Origin: Deltaproteobacteria bacterium
Lineage (GTDB): Bacteria; Myxococcota_A; UBA9160; UBA6930
Assembly: GCA_031401135.1 (NCBI GenBank)
Contig: JANNRF010000294.1
Span: forward strand, 3,393 to 67,392
Direction of reading: 5' to 3'
Length of the DNA stretch: 64,000 nt
Position numbers and translations under genes: made by a program. The notes below the pieces were generated by a model that ran no database searches, was not told where the DNA came from, and was given only the letters and a program-made list of their open reading frames with translations. Positions 10,766 through 19,679 of this stretch are shown piece by piece (the first letter of the stretch is position 1; the number at the start of each line of letters is the position of its first letter).

Positions 10766-12024
10766 ATCGTCTGGCCGAGTTGGATCGTGCTGGGGCTGAC
10801 GTAATCGATGGTTTGGCTGATCACGCACGCATACTGGTTGCCAGGTTGCAGCGGATCGAGATCCGGCACTCCGGTGAGGCTCTCGAGATTCCCGTTCGTG
10901 TCGAAGGTCGGCGTCCCGACGCAGAGGTCGAGATCGAACAAGGTCACGCCGTCGAAGCTGTGGAACGAGAGCGGGATCGCCGCCAGCGAGACCGCGTTCT
11001 CGATCGTCCAGGTGACGTCGAACACGAACGCCGCGTCTGCCTGCCCGATCAGGTCCTTCTGGAAGTTGACGTTGTTGCCGGTCGACTCGAGCAAGTAGGG
11101 GATCGGAACGCAGGCGGACCCCCCAGCGTTGCCGAGCCGCGTACCGCTGACGAGCGCGTCCGTGATGCCGCTGCCGGTGGTGATCGTTGGGTCGAGGCAG
11201 TCGAGAATCCCGCTGGTGTGCGAGAGGACGAACAGCGAGTTGTTAGCGAACACGTTGCCAAAGAAATCGCCGCCGCCTTCGAGCGACCACTCGCCAGCGA
11301 GCGTCCTCAGCTCGAGCGAGTTCCACAAGCCATCGATCACCCAACGGCAGTTGTCGGACGCGCCGGAGTCCGGGCCCGAATCCGACAGCGCCGAACAGTT
11401 GAAGATCGGTGAGCCGGGGACGTCCGAGCCCTGCCCGGGGACGATGCCCGTGCCACTGCGCAGCTCCCAGGTCGTCACGATTCCGCCGGCGGTCGCAGTC
11501 GCCAGAATGCGCGCGTTCTGCTTCACCTCGATGTCGAGTTCGCTGCGCTTGGCGACCAAGCCGCTCAGAGACCCGACGAGCGAGAGCGTGAGCGATTCGT
11601 TGGCGCCGACGCGCGAACAATCCACGCCGCGGGCCGCGGAGGTGCTGCCGCCACCGAACACGCCGATCGACCCGAGCGCGAAGCCGGGCAGGTTCTCGAC
11701 GTGGACTCCAGCGACGAATTTGAGCAGCAACGGTGTTGACCCGATCGGCCCGACTTGAAGCAGGCATTTGTCCCGCACCCGACTCGAGAGACTGCGCCGA
11801 TCGAAGAGGCCTTGCGTCGGATCGGTGTCACTGGTCGACGGAGTTTCCCAAAGGAGCCGATTGAGGTCGCCGAGCTGGAGACGCAGCACGCCGTCATCCG
11901 GAAGGCCGCCGGTAGTCGTGCTCTGCCCCGCAGCGGCGCTGCCGATCAAAAAGATCAGTGCACACAGCGCGACGTGTGCGTAGCCGGATCGGAAATTGCT
12001 TCGGTACCTAATCGCTTTCGCCAT
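10729..12024 (-). CDS. Secreted hypothetical protein (Gly/Ser/Thr-rich, probably beta-rich, Cys-containing), no family recognised
   Basis: 431-aa ORF with ATG start and N-terminal signal-like segment HVALCALIFLIGSAAAGQ. Visibly more A/T-rich than its flanks. Its 3' end overlaps the convergent cyclase gene by 37 bp (10729-10765). Confidence 0.7.
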   Translation of the reverse strand: MAKAIRYRSNFRSGYAHVALCALIFLIGSAAAGQSTTTGGLPDDGVLRLQLGDLNRLLWETPSTSDTDPTQGLFDRRSLSSRVRDKCLLQVGPIGSTPLLLKFVAGVHVENLPGFALGSIGVFGGGSTSAARGVDCSRVGANESLTLSLVGSLSGLVAKRSELDIEVKQNARILATATAGGIVTTWELRSGTGIVPGQGSDVPGSPIFNCSALSDSGPDSGASDNCRWVIDGLWNSLELRTLAGEWSLEGGGDFFGNVFANNSLFVLSHTSGILDCLDPTITTGSGITDALVSGTRLGNAGGSACVPIPYLLESTGNNVNFQKDLIGQADAAFVFDVTWTIENAVSLAAIPLSFHSFDGVTLFDLDLCVGTPTFDTNGNLESLTGVPDLDPLQPGNQYACVISQTIDYVSPSTIQLGQTIYLEGDWTAGRR

Positions 12025-12262
12025 GGAAGTTATCCTCGTTCCGCTGTGCGGAGATCAGCATTGGACGATGGGTGATGCCGCCTGAGCAAGCTGGCTTGCC
12101 AAGCAGTGTGTCCATTCTGCGCGAATACGTGACGTTCCGCGTCCCCTAATTTGGGGGAGCCACAAAAAAGTCGCAGGCGCAGCCCACGCGCAGCGAACCA
12201 CGCGAACGGCGCGCGAATGCTCGGGTTCTGGGCGCTCGCTGCGGGTCCTGCGGGCGGCACGG

Positions 12263-13270
12263 CTAGCGGTAGCCCTCGGCCACGGGACGGCGAGGCAGTT
12301 CCCACCAAAGCGCGTCGCAGGCCGCGCGCAGGCTCTCGTCGAGCTCGATCTCGGCGGCGGCGAGCGAGGCCACGAGCTGCGCGGGCTTGCTCGCGCCGAT
12401 GATCGCGGACGTAACACCCGGCTGCGCGACGACCCAGGCGACCGCGACGCTCACGAGATCGAGCCCGCGCGCTTCCACTTCTTTCTTGAGGCGCTCGACC
12501 GCCGCGAACTGTGTCTCCTGCCAGTAGCGATGGCGATACATCTTGCCGGCCGCGCCGAGCGTGAAACGGCCCGCTTCCGCGGGCTCCGGCGCGAGCTTGT
12601 GCTTGCCCGAGAGGAAGCCGCCCGCGAGCGGGTTGTAGACGAGCACGCCGAGACCCTGAGCGATGCAGAGCGGCAGCAGCTCCGTCTCGATCTCGCGGTA
12701 CAAGATGTTGTAACGCGGCTGCACCGAGACGTAGCCCTCCGTGCCAAGTTCGCGCGCAGCCATTAGGGCTTCGGCCAGCCGCCAGGCCGGATAGTTCGAG
12801 CAGCCGACGTAACGGACCTTGCCGGCGCGCACGAGATCCTCGAGCGCACGCAGCGTCTCCTCGATGCGCACGTCGGCGTCGAAGAAGTGCGTCTGGTAGA
12901 GGTCGATGCGATCCGTGCGCAAGCGGCGCAGGCTCGCGTCGCAGGCTTTCAGGATGTGCTGGCGCGAGAGGCCGGCGTCGTTGGCGCCGCGCCCCATCTG
13001 CCCGCGGCACTTGGTGGCCAGCACGACCGCGTCGCGGTTGTTACGGAGCTGCATCCATTCGCCGATCAGCTCCTCGGTGCGGCCGACTGTCTGGCCTGTT
13101 CCGCCCAGCGGATACACGTCCGCGCTATCGAGAAAGTCGAGGCCGCCTTCGAGCGCGCGATCGAGGATCGCGAACGAGGTATCGCGGTCGCACTGCAAGC
13201 CGAACGTCATCGTGCCTAGGCAGAGCACGGGGACGCGCAGGCCCGTGCGTCCGAGCTGGCGGGTTTTCAT
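12263..13270 (-). CDS. Aldo/keto reductase family oxidoreductase
   Basis: C-terminal 335 aa of ORF 12263..14338, starting at ATG 13268-13270 (AAGGAG upstream). Sequence: MKTRQLGRTGLRVPVLCLGTMTFG...DSADVYPLG...LRRLRTDRIDLYQTHF... Confidence 0.92.
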   Translation of the reverse strand: MKTRQLGRTGLRVPVLCLGTMTFGLQCDRDTSFAILDRALEGGLDFLDSADVYPLGGTGQTVGRTEELIGEWMQLRNNRDAVVLATKCRGQMGRGANDAGLSRQHILKACDASLRRLRTDRIDLYQTHFFDADVRIEETLRALEDLVRAGKVRYVGCSNYPAWRLAEALMAARELGTEGYVSVQPRYNILYREIETELLPLCIAQGLGVLVYNPLAGGFLSGKHKLAPEPAEAGRFTLGAAGKMYRHRYWQETQFAAVERLKKEVEARGLDLVSVAVAWVVAQPGVTSAIIGASKPAQLVASLAAAEIELDESLRAACDALWWELPRRPVAEGYR

Positions 13271-13360
13271 CGGGGCTCCTTCGTTGTGCGCGGACACGAT
13301 GCCACGCCGCCGGCGCGCACGCGCGGTGTAACGTCGCGTCGCCCACGGAGGACAGCTCAC

Positions 13361-14194
13361 ATGACCGCCCGCACGATTGACACCGGCACCGACCACCTGC
13401 TCGCGCGCGTCGAAGACCGCGTCGCAACGCTCACCATGAATCGCCCGGAGCGCCGCAACGCGTTCTCGAACGCGATGCTCGCGGGCCTCGCGCGCGCGCT
13501 CGAAGACGCCGAGAGCGCGAGCGACGTGGGCTGCGTGGTGCTGACCGGCGCCGGCGGCGCGTTCAGCGCAGGCGGCGACGTCAAAGGGATGGACGAGCGC
13601 AATGCGGGCGGCGGCGCCGAAGCGCCCGGCATCGACGCGCGCATCCACGCGCAGCGGCTCTCGCAGCGCGCCACCGCGGGGCGCATCTACACGATGCCCA
13701 AGCCCGTAATCGCTGCGCTGCCCGGCGCTGCGGCCGGCGCGGGCTTCGCGCTCGCGATGGCGTGCGACCTGCGCATCGCCTCCGCGAACGCGGTGCTGCT
13801 CACCGCCTTCGCGCGCGTCGGCTTCTCGGGTGATTACGGCGGCACCTTCTTCGCGACGCAGGTGGTCGGCGCCGCGCGCGCGCGCGAGCTCTACTACCTG
13901 AGCGATCGCGTGAGCGCGGAGGAAGCGCTGCGCATCGGGCTGGTGAACCGCGTCGTGCCCGCGGCCGAGCTCGAGAAGGCAACGCAGGAACTCGCGCTGC
14001 GCCTCGCGAACGGGCCTGCCGTCGCGTACCGCTACATGAAGGAGAACCTGAACCGCGCGGCGAGCGGCGCCGACGTGTTCGACTGCCTCGACCTCGAGGC
14101 GACGCATCACGTGCACACGGGGCTGACGGAAGACCACCGCGAAGCCGCGCGCGCGTTCGTCGAGAAGAGGGAGCCGACGTTCCGCGGGAGGTGA
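13361..14194 (+). CDS. Enoyl-CoA hydratase/isomerase (crotonase) family protein
   Basis: ORF 13286..14194 trimmed to ATG 13361 (GGAGGA upstream). Sequence: ATLTMNRPERRNAFS...VVLTGAGGAFSAGGDVKGM... Confidence 0.9.
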   Translation: MTARTIDTGTDHLLARVEDRVATLTMNRPERRNAFSNAMLAGLARALEDAESASDVGCVVLTGAGGAFSAGGDVKGMDERNAGGGAEAPGIDARIHAQRLSQRATAGRIYTMPKPVIAALPGAAAGAGFALAMACDLRIASANAVLLTAFARVGFSGDYGGTFFATQVVGAARARELYYLSDRVSAEEALRIGLVNRVVPAAELEKATQELALRLANGPAVAYRYMKENLNRAASGADVFDCLDLEATHHVHTGLTEDHREAARAFVEKREPTFRGR

Positions 14195-14225
14195 GCCACC
14201 GCGACAACCGCGTTCATCCCCGCGA

Positions 14226-14342
14226 ATTGCATAGTCGGAATCGGGGACGTTCTTGGGTAAGTCAGCGACCTGACGAACCCAGCACTCCGCGACTCGCGCC
14301 TGCGGATTTCTGCAAGAACGTCCCCGGACGGGGCTCATGCAA
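14226..14342. repeat. Long imperfect palindrome element, copy B (related core)
   Basis: Core CGGGGACGTTCTTG (14242-14255) pairs with its perfect complement CAAGAACGTCCCCG (14313-14326). Outer TTGCAT/ATGCAA arms. Shares AATCGGGGACGYTCTTG with copy A. Lies between convergent genes (stops at 14194 and 14356). Confidence 0.8.
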
Positions 14343-14355
14343 CTCCCTGCGCGCG

Positions 14356-14799
14356 TCAGATCTCATGGCTCAGCGCCGCGGTCTGCCGCTCCGCGATCTC
14401 GTACGCGGGCCCCAGCATCACCCGTAACAAGCGCTCGCTCGCGTAGAGCCGTTCGCCTGCGAGTCTCGTCTCGCCGAACACGAGCACCCCGATGATGCGA
14501 TGGCTCTCGCGCGAGCCGTCCGGCAGCGCGAGCTGAATCCAGTACTCCTCGCCGAGGCCCTCGTCCGTTGCCCATTGGTTGACGAGCTCGAAGCCCGCGA
14601 TCCACGGCTGGAACGTGCCGAAGAAATATCCGTAGTAGGCGCGCGCCGCGTCCTTGCCGCGAAACGATAGGCCCACGGTCGCAAGCTCGTAGACCGGCGC
14701 CTCCTCGAGCGTTGCGAGCGTGGTCGCGAGATCGCCGTCCGCCTCGGCCTGTGCGTGCCGCTTCGCGACCGCGACCAGCGCTTCCCGATCCGCGCGCAT
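14356..14799 (-). CDS. SnoaL/NTF2-like fold protein
   Basis: ORF 14356..14865 trimmed to ATG 14799. About 147 aa. Pattern HAQAEADGDLATTLATLEEAPVYE...FRGKDAARAYY is typical of SnoaL-like proteins. Confidence 0.6.
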   Translation of the reverse strand: MRADREALVAVAKRHAQAEADGDLATTLATLEEAPVYELATVGLSFRGKDAARAYYGYFFGTFQPWIAGFELVNQWATDEGLGEEYWIQLALPDGSRESHRIIGVLVFGETRLAGERLYASERLLRVMLGPAYEIAERQTAALSHEI

Positions 14800-14875
14800 C
14801 GCGCTGCTCCTCGTGCCCTGCGCGCATCCTAAACGAACGCGTCGTACGCTGCGCGCGCCCAACACGGAGAACCGC

Positions 14876-15304
14876 GTGTCCGCTCTTCCCGACAGCGTCC
14901 GCCAACTCGTCGACGGCGCGATCGTGCGCTCGCCCTACGGCAAGCTGCTCGGCCTCGAACTCGTGAGCGCAGAGCCAGATCGCGTGCGCGTGCGCCTCCC
15001 CTACCGCGTGGACGTAACAACTCTCGGCGACACCGTGCACGGCGGCGCGATCTCGGCGCTCGTAGACACCGCCGCGACCGCCGCGTTCTGGGCGCACCCG
15101 GCCGCGTCGCCGAGCGCGCGCGGCACCACGATCGGCTTCAGCATCAACTTCATCGCCGCGGGCCGCGGGCAGGACCTAATCGCGAACGCGAGCGTGCGCC
15201 GGCGCGGCCGCGAGATCTGCACGGGCGAAGTCAGCGTGACCGACGCGGCTGGCCGCGAAGTCGCGGTGGCGCTGGTGACCTACAAGATGTCGCTGACGAG
15301 CTGA
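14876..15304 (+). CDS. PaaI-family hotdog-fold thioesterase
   Basis: ORF 14720..15304 trimmed to GTG 14876 (GGAGA 5 nt upstream). Sequence: LGLELVSAEPDRVRVRLPY...GDTVHGGAISALVDTAA. Confidence 0.8.
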   Translation: MSALPDSVRQLVDGAIVRSPYGKLLGLELVSAEPDRVRVRLPYRVDVTTLGDTVHGGAISALVDTAATAAFWAHPAASPSARGTTIGFSINFIAAGRGQDLIANASVRRRGREICTGEVSVTDAAGREVAVALVTYKMSLTS

Positions 15305-16062
15305 GGCGGATCGCTCGGGTCCCCGGTCGAAGCCGCGTGCTTGCGCGCGATTCCGCGCCACGTCTCCGCGCTCGCGGTGATTAGGTCGTCGAACGCGCGC
15401 TGCTCCGCGGCGATCCGCTTCTGGTCGATCTGCTCCTGCGAGCTCCAGAAACTCGCGAGCCCCTGCTCGCTGGCTGTCGCTTCCGAAAGCCCATAGACGA
15501 AGCCGGTACGCACGTCGATGAAGAGCGCCGACGCCGTCGAAACCACGTGCGCGTCGCGATCGGGCGCGATGCCGAGCGAGATCACACCGGTGGGCAACAC
15601 CGATTTGCGTCGCACCTCGAAGCGCGTGTCGAGCGTGTAGAGCAGCAGCACGTCCGCCTGAACTTTGGCGGCGGCGAGGCGCAAATCATCGAGGCCGTTC
15701 ATGTGCGCCGGCAGCAGCAAGCGGTTCACGGGCGCCACCCCGGCGACCTCGCGCCACGCCTCGATCGACTTCAGCTGCGCGTCACTCAGCAACTCCTGGA
15801 CCGTGAGCACCTCGAAGCCACCCGCCGCGATGCCGCCGCCCGACTGGGAGTACGAGCGGTACTCGCGCGCCTGCACGCGCACGATCGCAAGCCGCGCCGG
15901 GAAGCTCGCCGCGGGCTCGCGCGCGAGTTCCGCGCGGATGTCGCTGCGATCCGCCTCCGCGAGGTTCGCGGCGCGCCCGGGCGTGACGTATTCCGTCGCG
16001 CAACTGAGCGTGAACGCGGCACCCATCGAGAACGCGGCGAGCGAGAGAGCGGGTTGGCGCAT
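15280..16062 (-). CDS. Probable lipoprotein / secreted hypothetical protein
   Basis: 260-aa ORF. N-terminus MRQPALSLAAFSMGAAFTLSC has a signal peptide ending in Cys. The 3' end overlaps the convergent thioesterase by 25 bp. Confidence 0.6.
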   Translation of the reverse strand: MRQPALSLAAFSMGAAFTLSCATEYVTPGRAANLAEADRSDIRAELAREPAASFPARLAIVRVQAREYRSYSQSGGGIAAGGFEVLTVQELLSDAQLKSIEAWREVAGVAPVNRLLLPAHMNGLDDLRLAAAKVQADVLLLYTLDTRFEVRRKSVLPTGVISLGIAPDRDAHVVSTASALFIDVRTGFVYGLSEATASEQGLASFWSSQEQIDQKRIAAEQRAFDDLITASAETWRGIARKHAASTGDPSDPPQLVSDIL

Positions 16063-16180
16063 GAATCCTCCGAGTGAGGTGGTTGCGTAGGCCGAGACAC
16101 CGCCCTGCGCGCGCCGGTTCGCGGCGGCTCAAAGCTGGCGAGCACGTTCCCTAGCGATGCGGTGCGAGAAGGAGGCACGC

Positions 16181-17008
16181 ATGGCGAGCGAAGGCCAACG
16201 AGCGAGCGGAGCCGCACTTCGGGCAATCGTTACGGGCGCGAGCCGCGGTGTCGGGCGCGGCATCGCGGAAGCACTCGGCGCGATCGGCGCTGCGGTGGTG
16301 CTGAGTGGGCGCGACGAATCTGCACTCGCAGAAGCGGCGGCGTCCGTAACAAGCCTCGGTGGCCGCGGCATCGCCGTTCGCTGCGACCACCGCGACGACG
16401 CGCAGACCGAGGTGCTGTTCGCAAGCGCGCTCCGCGAGCTCGGTGGGCTGGATCTGCTCGTGAACAGCGCGTGGGCCGGTTACGAGAACATGAGCGAGGC
16501 CGGCGAGTTCAGCTGGCCGCGCCCGCACTGGGAGCAGCCGCTCTGGCGCTGGGACGCCATGCTCGCGGGCGGCGTGCGGGCGGCCTACGCCTGCTCGCGC
16601 CTCGCCGCGCGCGCGATGCTTCCGCAGCGGCGCGGGCTGATCGTGAACGTGTCTCATTGGGCCGCGCAGAAGTACCTGGGCAACGTGGCGTACGGCGTCG
16701 CGAAGGCCGCTACCGATCGCCTCACTTCCGACTGCGCGCACGAATTGCGCGCGCACGGCATCGCGGTCGTGTCGCTCTACCCAGGCCTCGTGCGCACCGA
16801 GAAGGTGATGGAGTCGGCAGCGTTCCTCGATCTCACCAACAGCGAGTCGCCGCGCTTCACGGGCCGCGCTGTGGCGGCCCTCGCGCGCGACTCCGAGCTG
16901 TTACTGCGCACGGGCCGCGCGCTCGTCGCCGCGCAGTTCGCGCTGGCGTACGGCTTCACTGACGTGGACGGCTCGCAGCCGCGGGCGCTGACGCGCGAGG
17001 AGGCTTGA
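16181..17008 (+). CDS. Short-chain dehydrogenase/reductase (SDR)
   Basis: ORF 16157..17008 trimmed to ATG 16181 (GAAGGAGG upstream). Cofactor motif TGASRGVGRGIA. Catalytic Y-x3-K in NVAYGVAKAA. Confidence 0.88.
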   Translation: MASEGQRASGAALRAIVTGASRGVGRGIAEALGAIGAAVVLSGRDESALAEAAASVTSLGGRGIAVRCDHRDDAQTEVLFASALRELGGLDLLVNSAWAGYENMSEAGEFSWPRPHWEQPLWRWDAMLAGGVRAAYACSRLAARAMLPQRRGLIVNVSHWAAQKYLGNVAYGVAKAATDRLTSDCAHELRAHGIAVVSLYPGLVRTEKVMESAAFLDLTNSESPRFTGRAVAALARDSELLLRTGRALVAAQFALAYGFTDVDGSQPRALTREEA

Positions 17009-17018
17009 AGACCTCGAG

Positions 17019-17363
17019 TCACGAACGCAGCGAGACCGACCAGTCCCTCGCAACGATCCAACCGGTGACTCCGTAACAGGGGCCGAGCGTAAAGCACGTG
17101 CCTTCCTCGAGTGGTTCGATCGTCAGATCGGAGATCACATTCTGCGAGCTGAAGTCAACGAGTTCCAGATCGAGGACATCGACCAACTGGAACTCGACGA
17201 CGCTCGTCCCGAATGACAGCACGAGCTTCGAGATGCCGCTTCGCAGCAGCGATAGCTCGACGACCTCCCAGTCGTGAAAAGCCGGCCAGGCGCCAAAGCG
17301 AGCGACTAGGGCGTCTACTCCCGCGATGGCACGGTTCGGCTGGGTGTCGGTTCTCTCCTGCAT
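17019..17363 (-). CDS. Imm50-like immunity-family protein (hypothetical)
   Basis: 114-aa ORF. The motif FGAWPAFHDWEVVELSL resembles the G-WPSFHDAE signature I recall for polymorphic-toxin immunity family Imm50. Starts 4 nt after the upstream CoA-transferase stop. More A/T-rich than its neighbours. Confidence 0.5.
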   Translation of the reverse strand: MQERTDTQPNRAIAGVDALVARFGAWPAFHDWEVVELSLLRSGISKLVLSFGTSVVEFQLVDVLDLELVDFSSQNVISDLTIEPLEEGTCFTLGPCYGVTGWIVARDWSVSLRS

Positions 17364-17367
17364 ACGC

Positions 17368-18693
17368 TCATCCCCACGCCCGCGGAATCAGGTTCTTCTC
17401 TCGCGCTTCGCGCTCGAGCGCCTCGCGGAACTCGGGGTGCGCGATTCCTATCAGCGCTTTCGCGCGCTCGGGCACTGAGAGGCCCTTCAGGTTCACTACG
17501 CCGTACTCCGTGACGACGTACATCGTGTCGGTGCGCGGCGTCGTAACAATGTTGCCTGGTGTCAGCGTCGTGACGATGCGGCTCGCGCGCTTGCCGTTGC
17601 GTTCGTACACGGACGAGAGGCACATGAACGACTTGCCTCGCTTCGAGGCGTAGGCGCCGCGCACGAACTGAAGTTGCCCGCCCGTGCCTGAGATGTGGCG
17701 GTGCCCGCTCGACTCGCTCGCGGCCTGGCCCTGCAAGTCGATCTGCGTGGTGTTGTTGATGGAAACCACGCGCTCGTTGCGGGCGATGTTGTCAGGCAGG
17801 TTCGTGTAGTCGACCGGGAAGCTCTGCGCGGCTGGGTTCTGGTTGATGAAGTCGTAGAGCGCCTGCGAGCCGAGCGCAAAGGTGAAGACCATCTGGCCGC
17901 GGTTGATCTGCTTGTGCTGGCCAGTGATTACGCCGGCTTCGTAGAGCTCGTGGATGCCGTCGACCAGCATCTCGGTGTGAATGCCGAGTTCTTTGACTCC
18001 GGCTTCCTTGAGCATCGAGCAGACTGCGTTCGGCATCGCGCCAATGCCGATCTGGAGGCACGAGCCGTCCTCGATCTCGGCGGCAATTAGGCGCGCGACG
18101 GCGCGGTCGACGTCGTTCGGCGGCGCGCTCGGAAGCTGCGGCACCGGCGTGGCTTCGCCTTCGAGCACGAAGTCGACCTCGCTCGCGTGCACGGACTCCT
18201 CGGCCCCGAACACGCGCGGGATGTTCGGGTTGGTCTCGACGATCAAGTTCTTCGCGCGCTCGGTTACGGCTTTGAGATAGGTGACGGCCGGCCCGAAGTT
18301 GAAGAAGCCGTGGGCGTCCATCGGCGCGGTCTGGAGGCAAGCGACGTCCACGCGCGCGATGAAGCGGCGGTAGTAGTCAGGCGCCTCGCCGAAGTTCATC
18401 GGGATGTAGTGCGTGATGCCGGCATCGTGAGCCTTGCGATCGGCGCCGCTGAAGTGCCAGGCCAGCATCGTGAAGTGTTCGCCCTTGGGATCGGCGGCGA
18501 GCACAGCGCGCGGCGCGAGCGCGAGGCCCGAGCGGATCTTCACGTCGCGCAGTTCGTTCACGCGCGCCGCGAGTGCGCGGTCGAACACGATCGGCTGCGC
18601 GCCGTTCAGGCCGTAGTCGACCCAGTCGCCGGGCTTCACGAGCGCGGCGGCATCGGCAGCGGAAATGACGGGCGGCTGTACGACTCGGGGCAC
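17368..18693 (-). CDS. Acetyl-CoA hydrolase/transferase family protein (4-hydroxybutyrate / acyl-CoA:acetate CoA-transferase-like)
   Basis: 441-aa ORF with family-typical segments: YIPMNFGE, LQIGIGAMPNAV, ESSGHRHISGTGGQLQFVRGA, TPRTDTMYVVTEYGV. Confidence 0.88.
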   Translation of the reverse strand: MPRVVQPPVISAADAAALVKPGDWVDYGLNGAQPIVFDRALAARVNELRDVKIRSGLALAPRAVLAADPKGEHFTMLAWHFSGADRKAHDAGITHYIPMNFGEAPDYYRRFIARVDVACLQTAPMDAHGFFNFGPAVTYLKAVTERAKNLIVETNPNIPRVFGAEESVHASEVDFVLEGEATPVPQLPSAPPNDVDRAVARLIAAEIEDGSCLQIGIGAMPNAVCSMLKEAGVKELGIHTEMLVDGIHELYEAGVITGQHKQINRGQMVFTFALGSQALYDFINQNPAAQSFPVDYTNLPDNIARNERVVSINNTTQIDLQGQAASESSGHRHISGTGGQLQFVRGAYASKRGKSFMCLSSVYERNGKRASRIVTTLTPGNIVTTPRTDTMYVVTEYGVVNLKGLSVPERAKALIGIAHPEFREALEREAREKNLIPRAWG

Positions 18694-18697
18694 GGGC

Positions 18698-19000
18698 CTA
18701 ACTCCTGATTGGCGCCAACTGAATCGCTTGCTCGGGACACGCCGCGACGCACAGCTGGCACGCGTGGCAATCGGCGGGCCTCACGACGAACGCTTGCTTG
18801 TAGCCGTGCGCGAAGCCTTTGAGGCGCCCGAGCAGCGAGAGTTCGCTGCGCTCTGGCGGTGCGAGTACGCCCAGCTCGAACACGCCGTATGGGCACACGC
18901 GCAAACAATCGGCCTTGCCTTCGCACTTGTTGCGGTCGATCGCGGGCGCGACGCGGCCGGGCTCACCGCGGCATTCGACCAGCTTCACGTGCTCGGTCAC
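18698..19000 (-). CDS. 4Fe-4S dicluster ferredoxin
   Basis: ORF 18698..19222 trimmed to GTG 18998-19000 (GTGA overlap with the DJ-1 stop). Cys clusters CEGKADCLRVCP and CHACQLCVAACP. Confidence 0.8.
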   Translation of the reverse strand: MTEHVKLVECRGEPGRVAPAIDRNKCEGKADCLRVCPYGVFELGVLAPPERSELSLLGRLKGFAHGYKQAFVVRPADCHACQLCVAACPEQAIQLAPIRS

Positions 19001-19644
19001 GTGCCGAGCTCTGGCGCGAGCTTGCCTTGGTTGAGGAACTTCGCGAACGGGTCGCGCGCGGCGTCCGTCTGCCACTCGTACTCGGTGAGAGCCGCGATCT
19101 GCTCCGCCACCGGCCGGCCCCACAGCTTTGCGATCACGGCGAGCGACATGTCCATGCCCGCCGAGACGCCCGACGAAGTCACCATCGACCCGTCTTCGAC
19201 CCAGCGCGCCTCTTCGACCCACTTCGTGTTAGGGCCGCTCGCGCAGGTCATCGCGAAGAACTGCTTGTTGGTGGTGGCGCGGCGGCCGTCGAGCAAGCCG
19301 GCCTTGGCGTAGAGCGCGGCGCCGGTGCACACGGACATCGCAACCTCCGCGCGCGCGCCGCGTTCGCGCAGGAAGTCGACGATCGCGGGGTTGCCGAGCT
19401 GCGGGAAGGTTCCCACGCCGCCGGGCACGAGCATTAGGTCGAGCGGCGGCGCGTCTGCGAACGAATGCTCGGCGAGCGTGCTCGGGCCGGGGGAGGAGCG
19501 CACTGGGCCCGGCTGCTCGGCGATCGTGACAATGCGCAGCGCCTCGCCGAGACAGCCGAACATCTCGAGCGGGCCGTACAGATCGAGCAACTCGAATTGC
19601 GGATACAGAATCGCGCCGAGGGTGCGCGGCTTGGGCTTGCTCAC
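18997..19644 (-). CDS. DJ-1/PfpI family protein
   Basis: ORF 18997..20187 trimmed to GTG 19644 (GGAG upstream). Sequence: LGAILYPQFELLDLYGP...LMLVPGG...AMSVCTGAALYAKAGLLDGRRATT, with a nucleophile-elbow Cys. Confidence 0.85.
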   Translation of the reverse strand: MSKPKPRTLGAILYPQFELLDLYGPLEMFGCLGEALRIVTIAEQPGPVRSSPGPSTLAEHSFADAPPLDLMLVPGGVGTFPQLGNPAIVDFLRERGARAEVAMSVCTGAALYAKAGLLDGRRATTNKQFFAMTCASGPNTKWVEEARWVEDGSMVTSSGVSAGMDMSLAVIAKLWGRPVAEQIAALTEYEWQTDAARDPFAKFLNQGKLAPELGT

Positions 19645-19679
19645 TTGGGGACTCCGGGGCGCGAGGGGGACGAGCGACT

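Noticed and set aside
12086-12101. Sigma-54-like promoter TGGCAAGCCAGCTTGC on the minus strand, upstream of the orphan secreted gene.
   Set aside because: The GG-to-GC spacing is one nucleotide longer than the strict -24/-12 spacing, and no bacterial enhancer-binding protein gene is nearby. I keep it only as a palindrome note.
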